The notes under the pieces are model-generated. The model saw only the letters and a list, made by a program, of their open reading frames with translations. It was not told the DNA's origin and did not search any database. 64,000 nt of DNA from Selaginella moellendorffii (Eukaryota > Plantae > Lycopodiophyta), in assembly GCF_000143415.4 (NCBI RefSeq), contig NW_003314298.1, positions 958,972 to 1,022,971 on the forward strand. The letters run 5' to 3'. The position numbers were made by a program, and so were the translations under genes. Within the stretch, counting starts at the first letter, position 1, and each line of letters starts with the position of its first letter. Of this stretch, positions 1 through 11,092 are shown one piece after another.

Positions 1-780
1 TAACCTCGAGTTGCTAATGTAACCTCAAGTTGCTAATGCCCCTCACTCAAACTCGTGCAAATGGAACATCTCCAAACCATCCTATGAGCCCAAGCGCAAG
101 CTCACATCATAAGGTACAACAAGGTAACCCAAAACCTATCCCAAGGAACCAATGCGAAGTCTTTGCACCAAAACGTGTACCCACTCGGATCATCGTTTTC
201 ATCTCTGCGTATGCAACGAGACTAGTTGCCCAATCTCATTGAATAGTACTCGCTGAGACTCATCCTCTGATACCAAATGTAGCGCACCTTATCTCTCTCC
301 CCTTAAGCCAACTGGAAAAGGGGCAATTGCTTGATGAGAGAGCCCTTAGTGGCTATTTTATCCCCATTTATCTCCCAAGGTTCCAAGGATCCACGGTGAC
401 AGTATATCCAAATCTCATCCCATGATCACATGCGCTACACTCACCCCCCCTTCAGAGATGTCAATGTCCTCATTGACTATTGACTAACAACCCCTACTGA
501 GCCAAGGGGAACCAGCACCTCCATTTCCGCACTCAATCTACCAATCCTTCCATTGTGTAGACCAGCTATTCCATGTGAGGCAACTAGTCATCCACCCGTA
601 CCGCAGTCCCACGGTGGATACCTTCGTCCGTGGATACTCCACACAAGAGGAAGGACGTACGCATGGATGCCCAATACATATGATTTCAAATTTAGGGGTA
701 GGAATATACCTTGCTCAAGGGTATATTATACTTTTAAGTAGCCACTAATCAATGGGAATCGAACCCGTGCCATTTGCTCT
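1..780 (-). mobile_element. Chimeric LTR-element remnant: TRIM-E internal region + PPT + LTR E + iMet PBS + family-A leader
   Basis: 440-780 is the reverse complement of the TRIM-E internal region (~49510-49975). On the minus strand a PPT (GAAGGGGGGGTGAG) precedes the LTR, and PBS TGGTATCAGAG (275-265) follows it. 1-277 matches the reverse complement of 15569-15845. Confidence 0.75.
278..439 (-). repeat. Short LTR, family E (162 bp)
   Basis: TG...CA ends; reverse complement of 49340-49501; flanked by PPT and PBS. Confidence 0.85.
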
Positions 781-2892
781 TTGGAAGGCATGAGTGTTTG
801 TTGGTCTTCCCACATTCATTCTCTTCTGTTGATTATTGTCGAGTTAGTTTTGATAGATTTGGATGTTATTTCCTTTAGGTGATACATTCGCGAGCATTGT
901 GCTTGTTAGTCAATAATACTTTGTGTTCTTTGAGTTGTGTTTTGTGAGTTGTTTGGCATGCTATCTGCCATTTTCGGTAGTTCAGTTTCATCATTGAGTT
1001 TACTTGATGATATACTTGCTATTCAATTTTGTTGGATGGTGCATCCTATGTTTACCAATTATGATGATCTTGGTGGTTCCTATCTACAATACTACTGGTT
1101 TATCGGATGATAACTTACTTGGAATACTTTTGTGTTCTAATCTAAGCTTTATTCACTGATAATTAAATCTCTACGATATCATTGTCTATGACTTTGATAT
1201 AGTCTATATATTGATCTTTGACGTTTGGGCCAGTAATAGGCAGACTGGCTTCGGCACTTCGTGTGCATGTTGAAATCTCTAGTCATGGGGTAGCTACTGT
1301 CGACTGGTCACATAACCCGCCTCTCTGTCGATGTTCTTTATTCTGTGAAAGGGCGTGACCGTGTAAACAACTCTAACTGCCTGTTGACAGTAGTCTATCT
1401 AAACCTTACCGACGGGTTTGGTTTCTTTGCTCAGGAGGGTTGGGGCCTCTGGCTTCTCTCTCTATGTCTCTGCGGGCAGGGCATATCACACTTTTGTAGC
1501 TGGGTGACACCCAGAGCAGCAAGGGTGGCTGATTCTGTTGGTCATTTCCTTGTTGGCGATGGCCGGAAGGTGTCTGAGCTGGTAGCGCATCCGCGTTAGA
1601 CAAAGAGGTTACCCCCTAACTCATTTAAGTTGGTGCATTTCTCACATAGTGTGAGTACCGTGAACTTTTTATGGAGTTGTTTCCTTGGCGGTATTCTAGA
1701 CTGGAGTATGCATCGACGAGGACGTCGATCTTCCCAAGGGGGGGAGAGTGTCGCGCATGTGACTTCGGGTATCGAAAGTTACCTGTCGGCTAGTCCTTAC
1801 GGACACTCTTACCTTACTGCCACAATGGCAGGAGGTCGGTATTGCTGGACCCGTTATTAGTCTCCGCCTAAGCTAGTTGAGAAACTGGTCCTCGCGTGTG
1901 CACTTGACCAGATGGGCATAAGGACGGAATTCCTAAGTGCTATTAGTCAAGCATACTTGACCTGGTTAGAGAAACTCATTCGTTGACTTGCACTTGCTAG
2001 TGTTGGGAACCCCCGCGATATTGAGCTTGGTCCCTCAACATCGCTAGATGATAGCTTACCGTGTCTGCCAAACACCCTCGCTATCATGCCCTTTGTGTTA
2101 GTCTCAATTTGTCCCAGATGCTATTTATGGAAAGTGTCCAGATTGGCTCATTTGGCATATCTACGGAATGTAGAGATCGGCCTGAACACAATGGTGTTCG
2201 TCCCGTGTCCAAATTCGCAATCTAAGGACATTCCATATTTAGTAAGTTTTGAGCTTGTCCCAGAGACTAACTCCTAATACTAAGGGAGGCTTGGGGTGAA
2301 AGCCCAAAGCGTGTGTTCCTCAAGGGGGGGGGGGGCTATAGGGGGTTCCAAATGTATAGTAGGGATAGTGGGTAGGTCGGGCATGGCCGACCAACCTGAG
2401 GCATAGTCTAGCTCCCGCTTGCGTGCCTGTCCTTGTTCTGCGTCCGGCTTGGGTCTAAGCCCAAGTTCCATTCCATGCTAGTTGGTGGAGTACCCATATC
2501 CTCGCGTTAGGCCACCGGCATGCCGAAATAGCGCCAGACTCCGTTTGGCTCCGTTTTGCGTGCTGGTCCTGGCATTGGGATGCTGGTTGCTCTAGGACTG
2601 TTCCAAGTCGCTCCGGGCCCCTGTCCCTTCGCTCCTTGGGCTATATGCTCGGGAGTTGCTCCGTGGTCCGGTTCCATCACTCCTTGGCGTCACGCTTGGG
2701 AGTTTGGCACCGTTCCTTCGTTCAGTGGCCCAAGGCCCTGAACCTCGGGTTCCTGTGGACACGTGGCACGGACACGTGGTATGTGACACGTGGCATCTGT
2801 CACGTGGCACAAAGAGGGTTTAGGTTCCGCTTCGTGGTGTTATCCTATGGTAAATCACCATAGGATAAAGGGTCAAAACCACGTGCGCTACA
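781..2892 (+). mobile_element. 3' part of LTR retroelement family A: internal 3' region, PPT and 3' LTR 1749-2892
   Basis: PPT AAGGGGGGGAGAG, then TGTCGCGCATG...GTGCGCTACA. The LTR matches 28462-29566 and ~14580-15568; the internal region matches ~27240-28461. Its end lies 8 bp beyond the predicted transposase stop. Confidence 0.8.
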
Positions 2893-2900
2893 ACATGCCA

Positions 2901-5900
2901 TCACGCCTCCTCTGATTCAGATTCGGATTGTTCACCTTGAAATAAAATACATTAGAAACTTAGTAAAGGAATATTAATGAATCTCACCTTGAACCCGGGT
3001 TATGAATGCTCTTGCTGCATCTCTTGCATGGTCTGGCAAGGTGATGGTGGCACTCTGCTTCTGCATCCAACCATGCACAACATTATCCACCGATATGCTC
3101 ATGCTAGGATCCCTTGGATTCAGCACCCATCTCTTTTCTAGGCAATCCTTCATATATCCGGAACTTGGCTTGAACCACTCCACAGTTACATTGAAGGAGT
3201 TAGTTTCCGCGTCCTCCTCTGCATCAGTCCACCCATATCATTTGTTTTTTTATTACTGGGTCTGACAAGCACGACCATTCCTTTGCAGACCTGTACTGGA
3301 TTGAATGCTGAATCCGGCTTCTTGTTCCTCGGCCCACAATAGTGATCCTCAACATCGTTATCTGTCACTGCATTTCCAGAGGACATTGTTCTGCTACTAT
3401 CTGGTGCTCTGGGTTCTGGCCAAAAGGACTCTTCCAATTCTTCATATACAACCGGCCCATTTTGGATAGCAGATATAAGCTTCTCCCAGTATTCAAGCAA
3501 AGGCTTGCACCTTTTAAAATAGGATTCTCCACCAAACACCAACCCCCTCTTCCAGAAGGCAATATGCTATCTAATCCCGGCCACTATACTTTCCTGGTCT
3601 TTGAGTCCATCCGGTTGCATCGGCCGTGGGGAACCCTGAGGAATCATAGGTTCCCCAGTTATGGGATCTCTCTTGAAGAGTTCAATGCCATCCACTGGCA
3701 GCCACACTCTGTCCCATTCTCTCATCTTGTACCTCATCACTGGAACACCGTCACGCATGCTGAAATGAAACTGAAGAGGCTTGGAGTGGCCAATCAGCGT
3801 TTCGGATCCGTCCCTGATGTAGCCTCTTACAAACCCCTTAAATTCTGGAACCTCTGTCACAAGTGCAACTTCAACAGTGCCTTTGATGCAATTTTGGAAT
3901 TCATCGTAGAGTTGTGGGAGGGTGAGGACATTGGATCACCGGAGGGACTCTGCCAGGTGACTGAACATGGCATCGATGTCTTCATGAGTGTGCCCAACCA
4001 TGAGAAAGCCAAGTGTAACCGTTTCAAATATGCCTTTGGCAACAAGCATCGCCAAGTACGCGAAGACGTACATGTTTTTGTTCTCACTGCCAGCATTGTC
4101 TGTTTGGAGCAGAAGATGGGGTGGAAGGCCACATCGGCCGCAAGAACTTCCTTGAGATTCTGCTTTGTTTGGATGAGGCTGTGCATTCACCGGGCGACCA
4201 GCCTCGTCGGAATGGCATGAGGCCTCACGTGATAACCCTACAATCTGACGGCCAACATATTCACTGGGATGGCATGGGGCCCCACGCAATACTGCAAGCC
4301 TTTGCTCCTCCTCCAACTGAACCCTGTATGGGGTTCGATCGACAAGGGCCTTATGCAAGGGTTGGCCGTTCAGCTCAGTCTGCGCACTTTGCAGAGACCT
4401 TAAGTGTTTTGCTAGGGACGCAATCATCATGTTTGCACCCCCGCCACCCCATAGAGGTACAAAGAAGTTCCCATAATTCTGGGCACCATGCCTATGAGCG
4501 ATTATGCCAAACAGAGACACAGGCAGCTGCATGGATGAAGAGATTGCCTTGGGGGCAGGATTGAGTCGAGGTAAGCACGTCTTTTTCTGGTCCATTTTGT
4601 CGTGGATGATGCAGAGGTAAGAGTCAGGTCTCTCCATGGAGAGAATCCTGTTATGATAATATGCAGTCCTGCAGCTTCTCTGCTTGATGTTGTGGTCGAG
4701 CCGCCTTCTAACCAACATCTCTCGCTCTTGAGCGCTGTAAGAATTCTTCGACAAAGCCATTTTGATAGCAGTGCACTCGTCACACTTTGAAAAGCTGGAG
4801 TACTTTCCTATACTCACATCCCTGAACCTGTTGCTCCACAATCTACTAAATCTAGATTGGCTCAGCTTCCTGTAGCCATTACTCTGGAGTTCCCGATTCA
4901 CATCTTCCAATATGGCCCCCTTGGTATACATGGAAGGGAGAACTCGTTGGGTGTCTCGTGTTCCATCTTCCAAGAGGTGGGTTTTATGTGGTTGCTGCTC
5001 GCTACATGTCTCGACAAACCTCTTGAAGATTGCCTCTCCATATACAACATGACCCCTGGTTTTGTGCGTACCGTCGTTCCCATGGACTGCTTGTTGAACC
5101 CTTTGTTCCTCGAACTCAGTTTTGATTCTGTAGAATGTGCTTCGAGGGACTCCATAAATGATTCTCCATGCCTTCATGCAGACCAAACCCCTCTGGAAGA
5201 CCATGCCCCCCACCTGATGTTCTGAAGCATCAACAGATGACTGTAATGCCTCATACACAAAATTGCGAGCTACCTTCCAGGACAATGTCTTGTATCTTGC
5301 TCTCTCCTCTTCAATAGCATCCCAATCAGCATGTTGACAACACCTCCTCTTGCAACAAGCAACTGTCGAGACCATTCGAACCTCCATCGCCATTTTCTGC
5401 CTTTTCGGTTCGTTGCTCAGATCCCTTTGGCTGCGCTGTAGGAAGGTGTACTTTCTTTTCCCATGAAGAGATGTTCTGTCATCAGTTGTAGTGGTGTTTG
5501 ATTGTGAATCCTTCACATTCTTAAACACTAAATGCCTCAATTTCCACCGCACAATGCTTCCAATAGTCAGACTATTTTCTTCTGTGTCAACAACCTCTAA
5601 AATCGCAACTCCAATATCATCCCAGCCCAATTCTTGATTAGCAACCGCATCTCTTGGATCGACAACTGTGGCTAAGCCCTCAGCTACCACCTCCCCCTTG
5701 GGGTTGTTTAGAAACACCTTTGCCTGAATCCATGTAGCACGGTTCTTAAGATCCACGGAGGGAACATGCGTCGCACTTGTGTTGTCCCCAACATCTGCTT
5801 TCTTCTGCAGATTTTTCAAGGCAACAACAACATTTACCCCGACGACCATCTCTCCTCGTTCAATAGCGACCACATTCCCATCGAAGACAGTCTCTACTGA

Positions 5901-6032
5901 TACAGCAGCATTGCCTTCCCCAAGCCTTTAACAGTGTATAACAAAGTTCCGATCCATAGACACAAGGGTCCCTTTTGCAACTCTCTTCCCACCATTCAAA
6001 ATGTAAACCTTTTCCCCAACCCTGAAGGCCAT
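2901..6032 (-). pseudogene. DDD transposase (Sola-type/DUF7869-like), ~1000 aa before inactivation
   Basis: ATG at 6032 (MAFRVGEKVY..., cf. the intact N-terminus of copy 2). Motifs IIHDKMDQKK, LQTDNAGSENKN, GHTHEDIDAMFS and CxxC (KCDEC). In-frame stops at 5930, 3938 and 3569, plus frameshift(s) near 3230-3250. A predicted 52-nt intron 2987-2936 (GTGAGA...TTTCAAG) joins a last exon GEQSESESEEA*. Confidence 0.8.
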
Positions 6033-6386
6033 TCTGAAAGTGCAGAAAAGAAGTTAAGACCATACAAAAAATGATTGGAGAATGGCCTAAATCATAACAT
6101 ACCAAATAGCATGAGGCCACATGCCATTATTCAAACATGCTATTGACACCCACGTGAAATTTCGCATTCACAAAATTGGCATGAGGCCTCATGCCATCTT
6201 GATATACACACAGCTGCAGGCAAGTAAAAACATACATGACAATATGCTAGCCATGAAATTGCAAGGGCCCAAGATGGCATGTGGCCTCATGCCATTTCTA
6301 AATGTGGTCCTAAACCATTCCATGGTGAACATACCAGGAAGCACAAGTGCCGAATATCAAGAGGAAGCGGTAGCCACACCAAAGAC

Positions 6387-6520
6387 AGTGCCGCTCGCAA
6401 CACTGCAACTACTCGTAGCGCCGCTCGCAACACCGCAACTGCTCGTAGCGCCGCTCGCACAAACTGCCACTCGCATAAACTGCCGCTCGCAATGGCGCTC
6501 GCAATGCCGCAACCGCTTGT
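6387..6520. repeat. CpG-rich ~30-bp tandem repeat (GCCGCTCGCAACACCGCAACT core) upstream of the transposase
   Basis: About three units plus decayed units; same block at ~34015-34145. Confidence 0.75.
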
Positions 6521-7305
6521 AGATGCATAAACCACAGCTCACAACGCCGCTTACACTGCGCTCAGCGGAACCAAGAACACGGCGCACAAAAATGATAGAC
6601 CTAGGAATGAGTTCGAGAATTCAAAAATAACACACGCTTGAACGTCACATCAAATCCTCTGACAAACCAGATCTTATGATTCCTCTGACAAATTTCAAAC
6701 TGAGTAGCTTCTAGACTTTGCTGTCGGAGGTTGAACTTTGTCACATCATGTCCTTGCCTCGATCCAACTGTGCCATGTCAGTGATTCGAACTTTGCCATG
6801 CCATGTCAGCGATCCGCGCCAAGATTATTCGCCGTGTAAAGGAATAATTATGCTGTGTGTGTACGTCCATTTATGGCAATATAAGGCCACATGCCATTCA
6901 AAGAATAATGCTAGTCAAGCATTTTTTGGTGCATTTTTGGGTTCAAAATTGCATGAGCCCACACGCTATAAAGTTTACCTGTACCAAAAATAGAAACAGC
7001 TTTATTTACTTGGGAATTTAAGTGGTTGAGGCATTTTTAAACTTACAAACACATGCCCTACTTACATTCATTTGGTTGCTTAAAATTCAAAAATATTATA
7101 AACCTTTCTTTTTGCATTTTCAATGTTTTCAATTATGGTTTTTGATTTTCGCAGGACCAGCCTAGTAATCTATTTGCATCCCGTCATGTTTATAGCTAGT
7201 TTTCGTTTGTCCCCTTCGCTAACCTGAGATACATCTGCTCGGCATCTGCCTCTTACAGCATTTGCCCAGAAAGGGCATCTTTCTTCACGCAGCATTTGCC
7301 ACATG

Positions 7306-7337
7306 TTTAGGGTTAGGGTTTAGGGTTTAGGGTTTAG
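7306..7337 (+). repeat. Interstitial plant telomeric repeat (TTTAGGG)~4.5
   Basis: TTTAGGG TTAGGG TTTAGGG TTTAGGG TTTAG. Confidence 0.9.
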
Positions 7338-8579
7338 CAATTCAGTAGCTTGATAAACATGCAAATACAGAACTTGATGCAAAATCCTTTGATATGTCAC
7401 AATGCCCCTAGGACCATAAACACATTTCAATAGAGAGGGTCCTTTCATTTCATAACTCCATACGTAGATCTTGGTGAAACCAGAGTTAGTGAAGTTGGTT
7501 TCTTGTGATCCCACATCTGATTGTGATGTCCCTTTGCAGTGTCGATGGAAAGGTCAATGCACACCAAACTGTAGAATCTTGGAGCAAAATAACGGTCGGA
7601 TCTATGGCAAATGCCCCTGAAACATTGTAAGGCTCGTGTGGTCTCATGTGGTGTCCGATTGAGATGCTTCTTTGCAGGGTCATCAAGAAGGACATTGTAT
7701 ACCATTCTGTAAAATCTAGTTGCGATCTAACAGTTGGATCTTTAGGAAACTCAAAACAATCTCGCGCGTGTCAGAATATTTTAGGAATATACTCCTATGT
7801 GCTCCTGAAAATGGCATGCGGCCCCACGCCATTCAAGAGATAACGCCAGATGATGCCGAGCATTTTTTGGTGCATTTTTTGGGATCAAAATTGCATGAGC
7901 CCACACGCTTGAACGTCACATCAAATCCTCTGACAATTTATTTAGCTGAACATCTGGCATTTTTGGAAATACAAGATGCTTTGGAATATCCAATCATGCA
8001 TGGTATAAATATAGCGAGGGTATTAAATGATATCCCAATCATGATCTTTCTTTTGGATTTCACGTGCATACAGTCCGAGGAATGATGACGTTGCGGATTT
8101 CTTTTGGATTTCACGCATGCGCGCGCCGATCCAGAAATTAATGGTGGCGCCCAAGTCCGAGGAATGATGACGTGGCGGGATTACCAACCGTCGTGACATT
8201 TCGCGCGTGTGAGGTTAGGTTTTGCATTTTGCTTCGTACTCGCGCTCGCACACTCGCGCTCGCATCGCGCTCCCACTCGCGCTCCCACTTCTCTACAGGT
8301 TTCTCGTGTGCATCGGCGTCCACTCGCGCTTGCATCACACTCACGCTCGCATCGCGCTCGTGTGCATCGGCATCCACTTCAAGACACACCCAGTTTGTAA
8401 CTTCGCCGCCAACTCCGCCGCCCACTCCGCCACCCACACGCAGCCCACTTGGCGTCCCGGGAGATTTCAGCGCCACTCTCCAACTGTAAGTGGTAGAGTA
8501 GCCTTGCTGCTACGATCCGCTGCACACACAGTGCACATTCGCCAGCGAGTCCGGTTGTCACGCCTCCATTCGGCTTCAA

Positions 8580-9952
8580 ATGGTAAGTCTTTTAGGCCAA
8601 GTAGAAAATGGCATGAGGCCACATGCCATTCAGTAGCAACATTGGCATGCACCGATTGGGCTCTCGAGTGCAGTCCGGTTACAGATGGCGTGTAGCCTCA
8701 CGCCATCTTAGGATGCAGCCTCAAGACATCTGATGTAGTGGTGAATGGCGTGTGGCCTCACGTTATTTCCAGCTACTAGCTTTTCATCTGTCAGCTCTAA
8801 TTGTTGTGCATTTCTGAACAGGCGAGGAATTGCGTTCTTCTTCCAGCCACTGTCAATGTGGATGCAGAGAAGGGGGAGGAGCTCACCAGTTGGACTTTCG
8901 GGATGGAAGGCAAGGATCTGAGGCTGTACAACACAGATGGTGGGAGAAAAGAATGCATGGGGATCCTCATCCAAGTGACAGACACTCCATGCAGTTCCAT
9001 GCAAGAATATGGACTGGCACTTGTGGTAGAGACAGCGTCCGCCTTCAAGATCCACCTTGCACATCCTAGCGGCTTCCCGGAGGGGGGCAGCGGCTATGAG
9101 GAATTCCTAGAGGGAGCTAGGGAGAGGTTGTCCAGGAGGCCCACAATTTCAAAGACGCTGCGGGTCTATGAAGATCACATGGAATCCACGGACCTCACCT
9201 ACGGCGATGTTCAAAAACTATATTCCAACATTGAGCCGTTGAGAGTGCCTCCAGTTCGCGAAGCGAAGGGGAAGGGGGTCGATCTGGAAACTACCCCGAA
9301 GCAGAAAAGGGTGGTCAAGCTCAATCCGACGTCCGACTCTCCTCCAAAAAAGAAGCTACTCGGTGATGCCATTGCCTCGGGTTCGAACACTACACCCACC
9401 AAAAAGAAGAGCCGTAAAGAGCAGAAAGAGCAAGAAGAGGCAGCAAAAATCGTCGCAGATAATAGTACTTGTTACTATTCCAACAAAGTATATACAATCG
9501 ACGTGAGCCGTATCGACATCCAAAGCAAATACAACCACAGGCTAGTATCTGATGAGTGGGTGGAGAAACTGAAGCAGAAGATGCTGGCAAGTCCAGTAAC
9601 ACCCGACATCGCAGACGTGATCCCCTACTACCGAACAATGAAGGGCGAGACGAGGTTTCCAGACTTGATCAATAGGAAGGTGTTGGACAATCAGAACATC
9701 CGGTTCTATGCCGTCTCTGGGCAGCATTCTAGCTTGGCGATGCAAGAGATAGTTGTGGATATTATGGTGGGCGAGGAGGTGAAGAAAGTCTTCAAGACAA
9801 GAGTTGTCCGCCTGATAAAAGGCAACTCGCCCCTCCGATCTATCATATACATCTCCCACGCGCAGAATGTCAAGCAAGAAACGTGCTACAAATCGGGTCT
9901 ACACGAGACATTGGCACGAACACATTGGTCAAAAGAGACAGATTCACATTAA
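8580..9952 (+). CDS. Transposon accessory protein with a C-terminal ParB/sulfiredoxin-like domain (probably 3'-truncated)
   Basis: ATG 8580-8582 is directly followed by donor GTAAGT; acceptor ...TTTCTGAACAG at 8821 restores the frame of the 383-aa ORF (M|ARNCV...). Basic NLS-like linker (PKQKR, PPKKKL, KKKSRK). ParB-like pattern IDVSRID...NHRLVSDEWVEKLKQKM...FYAVSGQHSSLAM...ISHAQN. Confidence 0.6.
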
Positions 9953-10677
9953 TCACACGGGAGAAACTGCGGGATCTAATAATGACCATGCGACACTTAA
10001 AACAGAGGGCCAGGTTCAATTTGCAATTGGGAGTTTGGACATCCATGATGCGCCACAATGCATTAACGTTGCTACAGATGATGCACGATCAGACGCAAGT
10101 AATATTACCATTTGACTTTCTCCTAACGCAGGAGGATTGCTTGACTATGGTCCATGTGAGGGGTAGCAAGCCCATCTTCGTCAAGCCAGAGGCTGTAGTG
10201 ATGAATCGGACTGCTAGCTCAAGTGAAATCCTCATCATCGATGACTTGCTGATTAAAACTGTAGCGAACACGCACACATATGCAGTGCACCCCATCTCTT
10301 GCAGTATGGAAACTAGGGAGAAGAAACCGTATGTTCTGGGGGACCTTGCAAAACGGCTTGGAGCAATGGTGATAGAGAACTGGCTAGTCCAGGAGGTGGC
10401 TGCAGAAATCAACCAAATGGCAGATGGAACGGTATATCAGAAGCCATTTGATCGGACAGACACTAGTCATCATTTATGGCATGTATATTGTCTAGCCAAG
10501 CACTATCCGCATCTCCATAATCTGCTCAACCGGATGGGTTCTTCGACCACTGAACATGAGCGTGGACGTATTAGAGAAGAGATGGCATTACTATTGGGTT
10601 TAAATCCTGATAGTGTGGAGAGTGATGAAATTCCAAGATTATTGTATAGGCGTTGGAGGCAAAAAATAACAGTCTGA
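9883..10677 (+). CDS. FCP1/NIF-like HAD phosphatase domain ORF lacking the N-terminal DxDxT motif (fragment or frameshifted continuation)
   Basis: Ordered motifs REKLRDL...LGVWTSMMRHN...FDFLLTQEDC...KPIFVKP...ILIIDDLLIK..AN..YAVHP resemble plant FCP1-homology domains. Overlaps the upstream ORF by 70 nt in the -1 frame. Confidence 0.6.
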   Translation: MLQIGSTRDIGTNTLVKRDRFTLITREKLRDLIMTMRHLKQRARFNLQLGVWTSMMRHNALTLLQMMHDQTQVILPFDFLLTQEDCLTMVHVRGSKPIFVKPEAVVMNRTASSSEILIIDDLLIKTVANTHTYAVHPISCSMETREKKPYVLGDLAKRLGAMVIENWLVQEVAAEINQMADGTVYQKPFDRTDTSHHLWHVYCLAKHYPHLHNLLNRMGSSTTEHERGRIREEMALLLGLNPDSVESDEIPRLLYRRWRQKITV

Positions 10678-11092
10678 GATGGCATGTATTTATTTAAAAA
10701 TGTAACTTATTATGGCATGGGGTTCCATGCCATTGTATTAATATTAAAAGACAATTCTTTGAGAGGATTTGCATTATACTAGAAGTGTTACAGCATGTTA
10801 TTGGAAGTCTACAAAGTTGTTTTATTAATAAGGGGAAAGTAAAGATTGAATGGGGACTTGGGCTCCACCTAGACTCGGAGCAACTAAGCCAATATTAAAA
10901 GGATGGAAAGAAATTGGACGACGATGACAAGGAGAAGAGAGAGGTGAAGCAATGGTAGGGGGAGGAGAAGTGATTGAGTAGACATTTCCTTGTTTAAAAT
11001 AAAATGGCATGTGCCTCAATGCAGTTGAATTTTGTTATATTTATATACTATATAAAGGTTTGGAAACCTTATTTTACAAGTGGGATAATGAC

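Larger units (their letters stand above)
4212..11025. repeat. Dispersed 22-bp palindrome family, consensus ATGGCRTGNGGCCNCAYGCCAT
   Basis: Copies start at 4212, 4269, 6106, 6176, 6274, 6873, 6948, 7811, 7890, 8608, 8685, 8745, 10712 and 11004 (degenerate). More copies occur in copy 2 (e.g. 33581, 33617, 33787, 33902). Confidence 0.9.

Noticed and set aside
3342-4220. 292-aa plus-strand ORF (and 31161-31616)
   Set aside because: Antisense shadow of the transposase with no recognisable motifs.
4236-4292. Possible intron removing a palindrome from the transposase CDS
   Set aside because: The candidate GTATTG...GTAG is 55 nt, which would shift the frame, and this segment is open in both copies.
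4212-8766. Palindromic repeats with unique intervening DNA as a CRISPR-like array
   Set aside because: Spacing is irregular (tens of bp to kb), the context is a eukaryotic TE, and there are no cas-like ORFs.
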